Assembly: GCA_946406195.1 (NCBI GenBank)
Contig: CAMJJT010000005.1
Coordinates: forward strand, 62,010 to 126,009
From: an uncultured Bacteroidales bacterium
Lineage (GTDB): Bacteria > Bacteroidota > Bacteroidia > Bacteroidales > Paludibacteraceae
Length of the DNA stretch: 64,000 bases
Reading direction: 5' to 3'
Below, one piece after another: positions 55,849-64,000 of this stretch; the first letter of the stretch is position 1, and every line of letters begins with the position of its first letter. Under the pieces are notes generated by a model. That model made no database searches, had not been told where the DNA came from, and saw only the letters and a list, made by a program, of their open reading frames with translations. The translations under genes and the position numbers were made by a program.

Positions 55849-55867
55849 AAAAGAAACTGCTATTGGG

Positions 55868-57148
55868 TTACTGCAGGCAGTTGTCCAACGCCGCTTTGAG
55901 GGCTTGTTTATCCAGATGCTGCCCGATAAAGACCAGTTTCTGCATTCTGTCTCCGTATTGCTCATCCCAGTCTTTGCGCAACTGGGCATCGTCCGCCATG
56001 AGTTGCATGAGCTCCTCCTTCGGCATGGTAGCAAACCACTCTCCGGCCTTGCGGAGGTTGAATTGCCGTCCTGCCTGCTCAAAGAGATAACACATGTCGT
56101 ACTCCTCGGCAAAATAACACATTCCTTTGCACCGAAGCACGTTCTTAGGCCAATGAGCCGCCACGAACTCATCAAAGAGCCCGAGGTCGAAAGGCTTGCG
56201 CGCGTAATATACAAAGGTGTCAATACTAAACTCCGCAAGGTGATCGTGATCTTCGTGATCATGATCATGGTGGTGATGATGCTCATGGCCTTCGTGTTCG
56301 TGCTCGCAGGATCCATGTTCATGGTCGCAATGCGAGTGATCGTGCTCATCCTCATCGTCGTCATCGTCCCTTGTTCCTTGTACATTGTCCCCGTGTCCTT
56401 CCTCATGGTGTCTCGCATCCTCAACCTCCTGTATCCATTTGGCGGAAGTAGCCGTGCGGTCGAAGTCAAAAAGCTTCGTATTCAGCAGTTTATCAAGGTC
56501 CACATCGCAATAATTGGTCTCGATGATCTCAGCCGTCGGCTGGATACCACGAATAATCGCTTTGATGCGGGCAAGCTCTTCTGCACTCACCTCGGCGGCC
56601 TTGTTGAGCAAGATCATATTGCTAAACTCAATCTGCTCGATAACCAAAGCGGCAAGGTCTTCCTCTTTGGGAACATAATGGGCCAGTGCATCACCTTGAT
56701 CGAACTCATCGCGGAGCCGCAGCGCATCAACAACCGAGCAGATACAATCGAGCACAGGCAACCCATCGGTAGCAAACTGCGGAACCATCTGTGCGTACGA
56801 ACAAAGCGTCTGCGCAATCGGAGCGGGTTCACAGATACCCGAAGCCTCGATGACGATGTAATCAAAAGCTTTCTGGGCGCACAAATCATGAAGCTGCGTG
56901 ATGAGGTCGGTCTGCAAAGTGCAGCAGATACAACCGTTCTGCAATGACACGAGCGAATCGTCCTTCTGGCTCACCACTCCTCCCTGCTGAATCAACGACG
57001 CATCGATATTCACCTCGCCGATATCATTGACAATAACGGCAAAGCGAATACCTTTCTTATTCGTCAGGATGCGGTTCAACAAAGTCGTCTTGCCGCTTCC
57101 CAAGTATCCGGTGATTAATAGCACCGGAATCTTATTTACACTTATCAT
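55868..57148 (-). CDS. COG0523 / CobW-family G3E GTPase metallochaperone with a His/Asp-rich insert
   Basis: ITGYLGSGKTTLLN P-loop, GCICC metal motif, and HHEEGHGD...HDHSHCDHEHGSCEHEHEGHEHHHHHDHDHEDHDH. Confidence 0.85.
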   Translation of the reverse strand: MISVNKIPVLLITGYLGSGKTTLLNRILTNKKGIRFAVIVNDIGEVNIDASLIQQGGVVSQKDDSLVSLQNGCICCTLQTDLITQLHDLCAQKAFDYIVIEASGICEPAPIAQTLCSYAQMVPQFATDGLPVLDCICSVVDALRLRDEFDQGDALAHYVPKEEDLAALVIEQIEFSNMILLNKAAEVSAEELARIKAIIRGIQPTAEIIETNYCDVDLDKLLNTKLFDFDRTATSAKWIQEVEDARHHEEGHGDNVQGTRDDDDDEDEHDHSHCDHEHGSCEHEHEGHEHHHHHDHDHEDHDHLAEFSIDTFVYYARKPFDLGLFDEFVAAHWPKNVLRCKGMCYFAEEYDMCYLFEQAGRQFNLRKAGEWFATMPKEELMQLMADDAQLRKDWDEQYGDRMQKLVFIGQHLDKQALKAALDNCLQ

Positions 57149-57188
57149 TCGTAATTTGTAATTCGTAATTCGTAATTCGCAATTTTAT
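57147..57188. repeat. 6 x 7 bp tandem repeat (ATTCGTA family) spanning the COG0523 start codon and the DUF2723 stop codon
   Basis: attcgta atttgta attcgta attcgta attcgca attttat. Confidence 0.9.
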
Positions 57189-60100
57189 TTCGCGTACGCA
57201 GCGTAATCCGCGTAGTACTTATCCACTAACGCCGTTTCGCCGTAACGCTCACATGTCTGGAGAACATATCCGAGGATAGCGGCTTCGCGTCCGGTCGTGG
57301 ATTCCATCAGCGCACGTTGACGACGACTCAGCGACGCCGCAAAATGCAGATACTCAACGCACGTGTTGGCCACATTATCCATAATTGCCACCGCCTTCTC
57401 GTTCTGTTTGAGCAGGAAATAGAGCTGTCCCATCGAAGCGGATGTGTAGTCGTACGGAATATTGTATCCGGGCAGTTGTTCCTCGGCAAAATCGAGCACT
57501 TCCAGCGCTTTGTCGCGTTGGTTCTCGCGAACCAGCTGTTCCGCCAACTGCGCAAACATCATCCGGTGTGTGCGGCACATCCGCATCAGGTTCTCGTCGA
57601 TATAGATACCCGGTTTGTTCATGTTGCCGTATTGGAACTTATGCATCATGTTCTCGTACATCACCTCCGTATTAACGCGCGGTTGTCCGTCGCGGCTGCG
57701 CGTCGGTGTGATGCGATAAGCGAGACCCGTGAGCTCCATGTATGGCTCCAGACCAAGGTAATAATCATTGCCCACAGTAGCGCAGAAATACATCGGGCGC
57801 TGCCATTTATTCGTGGACAACATCTCCATGATCATCATCTCCGAACGGGTGTACATTCGTTTTTTCTTCAAGAAGATCTGCTCGCCATCCGGCGTCTCTA
57901 CGTACAACTGGTCGGAAGGCAGGTAGTTATCGCCTTCGCGCGTCTTGGTCCGCGGATCATCCGAACGCAGGAAATTGAACGCTTTCTCCACCGAAATCGG
58001 CTGACCAAGCTTGTTATCCACACGCGCAATCTCATTCGCACCCGGCATAAAATCCTTGTACTCCCAAGAAATGGGCAGCGCAACGGACTCATAATACGGT
58101 CTCTTCATCTGGCTAATATACCAATCCGTCTGGAGATAACTCAGGTTGCACACACGCAGGTCGGTTCCTACTTCCTCCACCTCTTGGTTGTACCAAAGCG
58201 GGAAAGTGTCGTTATCGCCGTTCGAGAAAAGGATCGCTTGCGTCTCGCAGGATTTCAGGTAGTTAGCTCCGAAATCGCGGCACGAGTAACGATTCGAACG
58301 ATCATGATCGTCCCAGTTCTGCTGCGCCATCAATGCCGGCACACCCAGACACACAACAGACACAACGACAGCTACGGTATTTTTAACGACTTTCGACCAA
58401 CGACCATCGACCAACGACTGATTGATCCAATCAATGATACCCAACACGCCCAGACCAATCCAGATACAGAACGCATAGAACGAACCGGCGTACGCGTAAT
58501 CTCGTTCACGTGGCTGGAAAGGCGTCTGGTTGAGGTAAATGACAATCGCCAGACCCGTTAGGAAGAACAGCAGGAAAGTCAGCGTAAAGCTCTCCCAACC
58601 TTTCGCTTTGCCGTCTCCGCTTTTCTTGCTGCATTGCCAAACGATACCGATGATACCTAACAGTAACGGCAGGAAATAATAGACGTTATGTCCCTTATTC
58701 TCTTTGAGTTCCGTAGGCAACAACGATTGGTCACCAAGCATCGCATTGTCGATAAACGGAATACCGGAAATCCAGTTACCCTTGGTAATATCGCCGTACG
58801 ACTGCAGGTCGTTCTGACGTCCCACGAAGTTCCACATGAAATAGCGCCAATACATGAAATTGACTTGGTACCGGAAGAAGAACCGCATATTCTCCGCAAA
58901 GGTCGGACAGTACTCCGTTTTCTGCTGACCACAGTAGTCGTACCGCACACGTTTGCCTTTCACATTCGCCCATTCCTTATAAGCGGACACATGGCTTCCC
59001 TGTGACGAATACATTCGCGGAAAAAGCATGCAGAATTGCGGCATGAACTTGTACGACGTCTTGTAACCCGTGATCACATAATGGTCTTTCTCTCCTTCTT
59101 TTTTAGGAGCCGGCGCATACTGCGCGTGACCCTGATTTTCCACAGGAACACACATGTTGCCTTCTATCCGCAGCTCCACCGGCGCGTTGTAGGTCTGCCC
59201 GTAAAAGAGCGGACGGTCGCCATACTGCTCGCGGTTGAGATAATACTTGAGACTGAAGACATTGTCCGGACTGTTCTGATCCATCGGTGTGTCTGCGTTC
59301 GAACGAATCACCAGCGCGGCATATGAGCTGTAACCGATAAGGATTACAGCCAACATAACAACCGATGTGTTTGCCCAACGCCATTCACGCTTTCGGGTGT
59401 ACCAGATCGCCCAAACAATCGCCGCTACCGTCAGAACCAGACATACCCACATTCCCGTGTTGAACGGACATCCGAAACCATTGACAAACGCCAACTCAAA
59501 CCAACCGATCAAGGTCGGGAATCCCGGAATAATACCATACAGGATGACCAGCAAAACCGCGCACGAAGCGAGGAAAGCATAGACAAGACCCTTCCACGAA
59601 AACTCGTATTTACGGAAGTAATAAACGAGTCCGATGGCAGGAATCGTCAACAGGTTCAGCAAGTGAACACCGATACTCAAACCCATCAGATAAGCGATGA
59701 GAATAAGCCATTTATCCGATCCTTCTTCATCCGCTTGTTCATCCCATTTGAGGATCAACCAGAACACCACAGCGGTAAACAGAGACGAACTGGCATACAC
59801 CTCGCCTTCAACCGCCGAGAACCAGAAAGTGTCAGAGAACGTGTAAGCCAACGCTCCCACCGTTCCTGCGCCTAAGATTCCGATTCCCTTCCATAAAGGA
59901 AAACTCAACTCTCCACTTTCAACTAGTTTTCTCGCCAGCGCCGTGATCGTCCAGAACAAAAACAGGATCGTGAATGCACTCGCCAGCGCCGACAACGCGT
60001 TGACACACATCGCTACATGAGCCGTGTCCGACGCAAACAGACTAAAGAAACGCCCCATGAGCATAAAGAAAGGTGCTCCGGGCGGGTGTCCAACGTCTAA

Positions 60101-60235
60101 TTTCCAGGCGCTGGAGATGAACTCACCGCAATCCCAAAACGAAGCGGTGGGCTCCATCGTCAGGAGATACGTAGCCGCAGCGATCGCAAAAACCAACCAG
60201 CCGCAGATCGTATTCCACAATTTGAAATGTTTCAT
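57185..60235 (-). CDS. DUF2723-domain membrane protein (GT-C-like putative glycosyltransferase) with a C-terminal TPR-like region
   Basis: 1016 aa. N-terminal TMEPTASFWDCGEFISSAWKLDVGHPPGAPFFML is the DUF2723 signature as I remember it. Many TM segments. Confidence 0.75.
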   Translation of the reverse strand: MKHFKLWNTICGWLVFAIAAATYLLTMEPTASFWDCGEFISSAWKLDVGHPPGAPFFMLMGRFFSLFASDTAHVAMCVNALSALASAFTILFLFWTITALARKLVESGELSFPLWKGIGILGAGTVGALAYTFSDTFWFSAVEGEVYASSSLFTAVVFWLILKWDEQADEEGSDKWLILIAYLMGLSIGVHLLNLLTIPAIGLVYYFRKYEFSWKGLVYAFLASCAVLLVILYGIIPGFPTLIGWFELAFVNGFGCPFNTGMWVCLVLTVAAIVWAIWYTRKREWRWANTSVVMLAVILIGYSSYAALVIRSNADTPMDQNSPDNVFSLKYYLNREQYGDRPLFYGQTYNAPVELRIEGNMCVPVENQGHAQYAPAPKKEGEKDHYVITGYKTSYKFMPQFCMLFPRMYSSQGSHVSAYKEWANVKGKRVRYDYCGQQKTEYCPTFAENMRFFFRYQVNFMYWRYFMWNFVGRQNDLQSYGDITKGNWISGIPFIDNAMLGDQSLLPTELKENKGHNVYYFLPLLLGIIGIVWQCSKKSGDGKAKGWESFTLTFLLFFLTGLAIVIYLNQTPFQPRERDYAYAGSFYAFCIWIGLGVLGIIDWINQSLVDGRWSKVVKNTVAVVVSVVCLGVPALMAQQNWDDHDRSNRYSCRDFGANYLKSCETQAILFSNGDNDTFPLWYNQEVEEVGTDLRVCNLSYLQTDWYISQMKRPYYESVALPISWEYKDFMPGANEIARVDNKLGQPISVEKAFNFLRSDDPRTKTREGDNYLPSDQLYVETPDGEQIFLKKKRMYTRSEMMIMEMLSTNKWQRPMYFCATVGNDYYLGLEPYMELTGLAYRITPTRSRDGQPRVNTEVMYENMMHKFQYGNMNKPGIYIDENLMRMCRTHRMMFAQLAEQLVRENQRDKALEVLDFAEEQLPGYNIPYDYTSASMGQLYFLLKQNEKAVAIMDNVANTCVEYLHFAASLSRRQRALMESTTGREAAILGYVLQTCERYGETALVDKYYADYAAYAK

Positions 60236-60283
60236 TTTATTTTAGTTTTTTTAGTATAGGCACACATTTAGCCAATTTGGGTG

Positions 60284-60313
60284 CAAAGGTACTACAAATA
60301 TTTGGAATTTCAA
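60284..60313 (-). promoter_or_regulatory. Promoter (-7 TACCTTTG) for the DUF2723 / COG0523 unit
   Basis: Minus strand reads ttgaaattccaaatatttgtag TACCTTTG. Confidence 0.5.
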
Positions 60314-60372
60314 AATGGAACATGGAAAATTTGCATATATACGTGTTTTTTTTCAAAAAAGTACGCGCGCGC

Positions 60373-60403
60373 TTGCATATATGAAAAATATGTTGTATCT
60401 TTG
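60373..60403 (+). promoter_or_regulatory. Promoter (-33 TTG, -7 TATCTTTG) for the ugd-like / ugd / flippase unit
   Basis: ttgcatatatgaaaaatatgttg TATCTTTG, flanked by a GC-rich inverted repeat. Confidence 0.55.
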
Positions 60404-60442
60404 CGCGCTTTTTTCGAAAATTTATTAAAATTAATATACAAT

Positions 60443-61198
60443 ATGATTAAAGTTGGAATTATTGGGTGTGGCTTCGTGGGAGGAGCCCTCAAAAACTGGT
60501 TGGAGAACAATAACCCCGAGTGTAAACTGTTCATCAGCGATCCTTACAAAGGATACAACGATGACTTAAGCAACATTGACATCGCTTTCCTGCAAATCCA
60601 TGTGCCTACAGAAGAAGATGGCTCGCAAGATCTGCGACTCATGAAAGAGTTAATCACCAAACTGCCGGACGTGCCTGTCTTTGTCCGCACAACCATCCTG
60701 CCGGGTACCAGCGAAATGCTCACCCGCGAAACCGGACACAATGTCTATTACATGCCGGAGTTCCTCACCGAGCGCACGTTCATCGAGGACTTCAACAAAC
60801 AGACCATGGTCTTCACCGGCGCACAGGACCTGCTCACCAAAATCTTCGTCGGCAAGAAATTTACCGTTATGTCGCCGCTCGAGGCGGAACTCACCAAGTA
60901 CATGCACAATGTCTTCGGCGCCTACAAAGTAACCTATTTCAACGCCTGCAAAGAGTACTGCGAGAAAATGGGAGCCGATTGGCGTAAGGTGCACACCGGT
61001 GTCCTACTCTCCGGTTATATCAACGATACCCATACTTACGTTCCCGGACCGGACGGCAAGTACGGTTACGGCGGTAAATGCTTCCCGAAAGACGTCAACG
61101 CCTTCGCAGAAATGACCAAGGGCACCTCGCTCGGTACCCTGCTTGAGCACCTCCACGAACTCAACGTCCATTTCCGTGGTGTCGAGGAACATATTTAA
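60443..61198 (+). CDS. Truncated UDP-glucose/GDP-mannose dehydrogenase-family protein (NAD-binding and central domains only)
   Basis: ORF trimmed to the ATG at 60443 (MIKVGIIGCGFVGGAL Rossmann motif). Catalytic-type motif YGGKCFPKD. 251 aa, with no C-terminal UDP-sugar-binding domain. Confidence 0.65.
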   Translation: MIKVGIIGCGFVGGALKNWLENNNPECKLFISDPYKGYNDDLSNIDIAFLQIHVPTEEDGSQDLRLMKELITKLPDVPVFVRTTILPGTSEMLTRETGHNVYYMPEFLTERTFIEDFNKQTMVFTGAQDLLTKIFVGKKFTVMSPLEAELTKYMHNVFGAYKVTYFNACKEYCEKMGADWRKVHTGVLLSGYINDTHTYVPGPDGKYGYGGKCFPKDVNAFAEMTKGTSLGTLLEHLHELNVHFRGVEEHI

Positions 61199-61317
61199 TC
61201 CGCATAATTACCATTTTTTAATTTGTTTTAGACAGATTTTTGATTTCCGGTAAGGGAGTTATGGGGTCCATAATGACCGAACCGAAATCTAAAAGATGGC
61301 AAAAGAAATAAAAAATT

Positions 61318-62556
61318 ATGAGAATAGCAGTTGCAGGAACAGGATATGTAGGCCTCAGCATCGCGACCCTTTTGGCCCAGCACAATGATGTGATGGCGGT
61401 GGACATCGTCCCTGAGAAAGTGGAGATGATCAACCGCCGCATCTCGCCCATACAAGACGAGTACATCGAGAAATACCTCGCGGAAAAGGCACTCAATCTC
61501 ACCGCCACACTCGATGCCGAAGCAGCCTACAAGGATGCCGAATACGTGGTTATCGCAGCTCCGACCAACTATGACAGCCAGCGGAACTATTTCGACACAT
61601 CGGCGGTAGAGAATGTCATCGAGACAGTCCTTCGTATCAACCCGCAGGCAATCATGGTCATCAAATCGACCATCCCTGTCGGCTATACTGAGTCCGTCCG
61701 TCGCAAATATAACTGCGACAACATCCTCTTCTCGCCTGAGTTCCTTCGCGAGTCCAAAGCGCTCTACGACAACCTCTACCCTTCCCGTATCATCGTCGGA
61801 ACGGTCAAAGGAGACGAACGCCTCACCAAGGCTGCAGAGCGTTTTGCTGCACTCCTCAAAGAGGGCGCCATCAAAGAGGACATCGAAACCCGTATCATGG
61901 GACTTACCGAAGCCGAAGCGGTCAAACTCTTCGCGAACACCTACCTCGCGCTCCGCGTCAGCTATTTCAACGAACTTGACACCTACGCGGAGATGAAAGG
62001 CCTCAACACCCAGGACATCATCGACGGTGTTTGCCTCGACCCGCGTATCGGCACGCACTATAACAACCCCTCTTTCGGCTACGGCGGTTACTGCCTCCCG
62101 AAGGACACCAAGCAGCTCCTTGCCAACTACCAGGACGTCCCGGAAAACCTCATCGAGGCGATTGTCGAATCCAACCGCACACGCAAGGACTTCATCGCCG
62201 ATCGCGTGCTTGCGAAAGCCGGCTACTACGATTACTACAACAACGGCCAGTTCAACGCCGCCGAAGAGCATCCCTGCGTCATCGGCGTCTATCGCTTGAC
62301 GATGAAGTCGAACTCCGACAACTTCCGTCAGTCCTCCATTCAAGGAATCATGAAGCGTGTCAAAGCGAAAGGTGCGCAAGTGATCATCTACGAACCTACT
62401 CTCGAAGATGGTACCACCTTCTTCGGTTCTCTCGTGGTAAACGACCTCACAGAGTTCAAGAGCCGCAGCCAAGCCATCATTGCAAACCGCTATGACGCTT
62501 CCTTGGATGACGTCCAAGAAAAAGTATATACCCGTGACATCTTCCGCCGCGACTAA
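61318..62556 (+). CDS. ugd: UDP-glucose 6-dehydrogenase
   Basis: [21 protein letters not shown] and [10 protein letters not shown], with a full-length three-domain architecture (412 aa). Confidence 0.92.
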   Translation: MRIAVAGTGYVGLSIATLLAQHNDVMAVDIVPEKVEMINRRISPIQDEYIEKYLAEKALNLTATLDAEAAYKDAEYVVIAAPTNYDSQRNYFDTSAVENVIETVLRINPQAIMVIKSTIPVGYTESVRRKYNCDNILFSPEFLRESKALYDNLYPSRIIVGTVKGDERLTKAAERFAALLKEGAIKEDIETRIMGLTEAEAVKLFANTYLALRVSYFNELDTYAEMKGLNTQDIIDGVCLDPRIGTHYNNPSFGYGGYCLPKDTKQLLANYQDVPENLIEAIVESNRTRKDFIADRVLAKAGYYDYYNNGQFNAAEEHPCVIGVYRLTMKSNSDNFRQSSIQGIMKRVKAKGAQVIIYEPTLEDGTTFFGSLVVNDLTEFKSRSQAIIANRYDASLDDVQEKVYTRDIFRRD

Positions 62557-62570
62557 CGACCAACGACTAA
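62550..62570. repeat. 3 x 7 bp tandem repeat (CGACTAA/CGACCAA) spanning the ugd stop codon
   Basis: cgactaa cgaccaa cgactaa. Confidence 0.75.
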
Positions 62571-62571
62571 C

Positions 62572-63927
62572 TTGTCTGAAAAAATCGAACATATAGGCAA
62601 GCGTGAAATTGCATGGAGCTATGCAGGAACCGCATTCATGATCGGAGCAGGAGTAATCCTCCTGCCCTTCATCCTGCATATGATGCCCCAAGAGACAGTG
62701 GGCATCTGGAACATCTTCCAAACCATCACCGCCCTTGTCCTCCTCCTCGATTTCGGTTTCCGCCCTTCCTTTGCGCGCAACATCAGTTACATCTTCTCCG
62801 GCGTCAAGACGCTCCAGAAAGAAGGAGTGGCGCATGTAGATGCCAATGCGGAAGTGGATTACGGACTGCTGAAAGGAACACTGGTCGCCATGCGGCGGTT
62901 CTACCGCTGGATAGCAATAGGGGTCTTCGTTATTCTCGCTACTGCCGGAACCGCTTATTTCTACTATATCCTGCAGAAATACTCCAGCGACCGGCAAGAT
63001 GCGATGGTAGCCTGGGTGCTTCTGATCGCCATCAACTGCTATAACCTCTACACCTTCTACTACGATGCACTGTTGACCGGCAAAGGTTATGTCAAAGAGA
63101 CCCAGCAGATCAATATACTGAGTCAGGTGGTGTACATCTGCTTGGCTATCGGACTGATTTACGCCGGATTTGGTCTGACAGCGATCATCAGCTCTCAATT
63201 GACAGCTACAATCATTCGCCGCGTAGCCACCTACCGGGTGTTCTTCAAACCCGAACTGCGCGCCAAACTGGAAAACGCGGAACCGCAAGATGCCGGCAAC
63301 ATCCTTCGTGCTATCACACCCAATGCCATCAAAATCGGCTTGACTCAATTAGGAGCCTTCCTTATCAGCCGCTCTGCAATCCTCATCGGATCTGCATACC
63401 TCACGCTGGACGAGATAGCCTGCTACGGCATCACCATGCAGGTAATGGAAGTGCTGGCGCGATGCGGACAGGTGATGTATATTGCTTACACTCCGCGTCT
63501 GGCGCAATGCCGCGCTGCCAATGATTTGCACCAGCTGAAGATCTATTATACATGGTGTGTACTCGCATATGTCGGTATCTTCGCTGTAGGCGGATTGGTA
63601 TGGATCGGTTTGGGCGACTGGGCGCTTCAGCTCATCGGCAGCCGGACCTCTTTTGTTCCTACCAACCTGCTGATTCTGGCTTTAGTAATCGGCTTTCTGG
63701 AGCATAACCACGCTTTGGCAGCCGGATTTATCATGGCGGACAATAAGATTCCCTTCTTTATCCCTTCGCTTTTGAGCGGAGCAGCCACGATTGTATTGCT
63801 GTGGATTTTCCTCGGTCCGATGCATTTGGGAATTATGGGCATGATTTTAGCGCCCGGCGTAGCGCAGCTGGCATACCAGAACTGGAAATGGCCGAGCGTG
63901 GTGATCAAAGAACTGAAAGACGCATAA
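62572..63927 (+). CDS. Polysaccharide flippase (MOP/Wzx-like), 12+ TM segments
   Basis: 451 aa polytopic ORF immediately after ugd. The start is a TTG at 62572, so it is uncertain. Confidence 0.7.
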   Translation: MSEKIEHIGKREIAWSYAGTAFMIGAGVILLPFILHMMPQETVGIWNIFQTITALVLLLDFGFRPSFARNISYIFSGVKTLQKEGVAHVDANAEVDYGLLKGTLVAMRRFYRWIAIGVFVILATAGTAYFYYILQKYSSDRQDAMVAWVLLIAINCYNLYTFYYDALLTGKGYVKETQQINILSQVVYICLAIGLIYAGFGLTAIISSQLTATIIRRVATYRVFFKPELRAKLENAEPQDAGNILRAITPNAIKIGLTQLGAFLISRSAILIGSAYLTLDEIACYGITMQVMEVLARCGQVMYIAYTPRLAQCRAANDLHQLKIYYTWCVLAYVGIFAVGGLVWIGLGDWALQLIGSRTSFVPTNLLILALVIGFLEHNHALAAGFIMADNKIPFFIPSLLSGAATIVLLWIFLGPMHLGIMGMILAPGVAQLAYQNWKWPSVVIKELKDA

Positions 63928-63928
63928 G

Positions 63929-64000
63929 GTGGACGGTCTGTTGACAGATATTATCCTTTTCGGCAGTTTGATAATGGAAGTAATCCTGCTGACCATGGCT
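63929..64000 (+). CDS. Possible start of a further membrane protein gene (partial)
   Basis: GTG at 63929, 1 nt after the flippase stop. Open to the window end, encoding the hydrophobic VDGLLTDIILFGSLIMEVILLTMA. Confidence 0.25.
   Translation, partial: MDGLLTDIILFGSLIMEVILLTMA

Noticed and set aside
55759-56947. ORFs 55759..56469 (-) and 55904..56947 (+) overlapping the COG0523 gene
   Set aside because: These are alternative-frame or antisense readings of the His/Asp-rich repeat region. The frame with the P-loop, GCICC and CobW C-terminal motifs is the real one.
57317-58561. 414 aa plus-strand ORF
   Set aside because: Antisense to the DUF2723 gene. It is an Arg/His-rich nonsense translation.
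60351-60419. An invertible (recombinase-flipped) promoter of the Bacteroides capsule type
   Set aside because: The segment between the inverted repeats is only about 31 bp, far shorter than known invertible promoters, and no site-specific recombinase gene is nearby. It is kept only as a possible operator or cruciform.
61228-63348. 706 aa ORF on the minus strand spanning ugd and the flippase gene
   Set aside because: It is antisense to two well-supported plus-strand genes. Its translation is compositionally odd (D/E/G/V/R-rich, no motifs), it crosses an intergenic gap, and it has no promoter. It is a shadow ORF created by the codon bias of the sense genes.

Overview
This window looks like a core chromosomal segment of a Bacteroidota (Bacteroidales-like) genome at roughly 50% GC. 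The taxon call rests on -33 TTG / -7 TAnnTTTG promoters upstream of most transcription units and on gene content: type III glutamine synthetase, DUF5103, DUF2723, and Ddh together with DapL. I support about 58 protein-coding genes, almost all housekeeping. They include recR, rsmD, manA, galE, ribH, trpS, lysS, gpsA, pgi, queH, lepA, lysC-lysA, murC-ftsQ-ftsA-ftsZ, ddh, glmS, a glnN-pyrG-dapF-dapL chain, and ugd plus a flippase at the start of a polysaccharide locus. There is also one tRNA-Thr(CGT), one gene relic (the 3' end of glf) and several hairpin terminators. I found no transposase, integrase, CRISPR array, rRNA or recognisable defence or toxin system, and no multi-gene novel system that I can defend. 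The most unusual signal is at a smaller scale. At least 20 arrays of 3-6 degenerate 7-8 bp tandem repeats fall into a few recurring unit families. They sit on start and stop codons in short intergenic spacers, and they also occur in-frame inside otherwise conserved genes (GT2 glycosyltransferase, PagL-like protein, metallopeptidase, DUF5103, GNAT, and possibly LepA). Unrelated proteins therefore carry the same low-complexity peptides, ISNLKS and SP[MI]TND[QK]. Other points worth a second look:
- a RelA/SpoT homologue that lacks both the HD hydrolase and the C-terminal ACT/RRM domains
- a roughly 430 bp GC-rich structured noncoding block
- a decayed glf fragment serving as the lepA leader, next to an orphan promoter and an 11-mer repeat
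- nearly identical promoters in front of glnN and glmS
- a truncated UDP-glucose dehydrogenase paralogue

All functional calls come from reading the translated ORFs. No database search was run.
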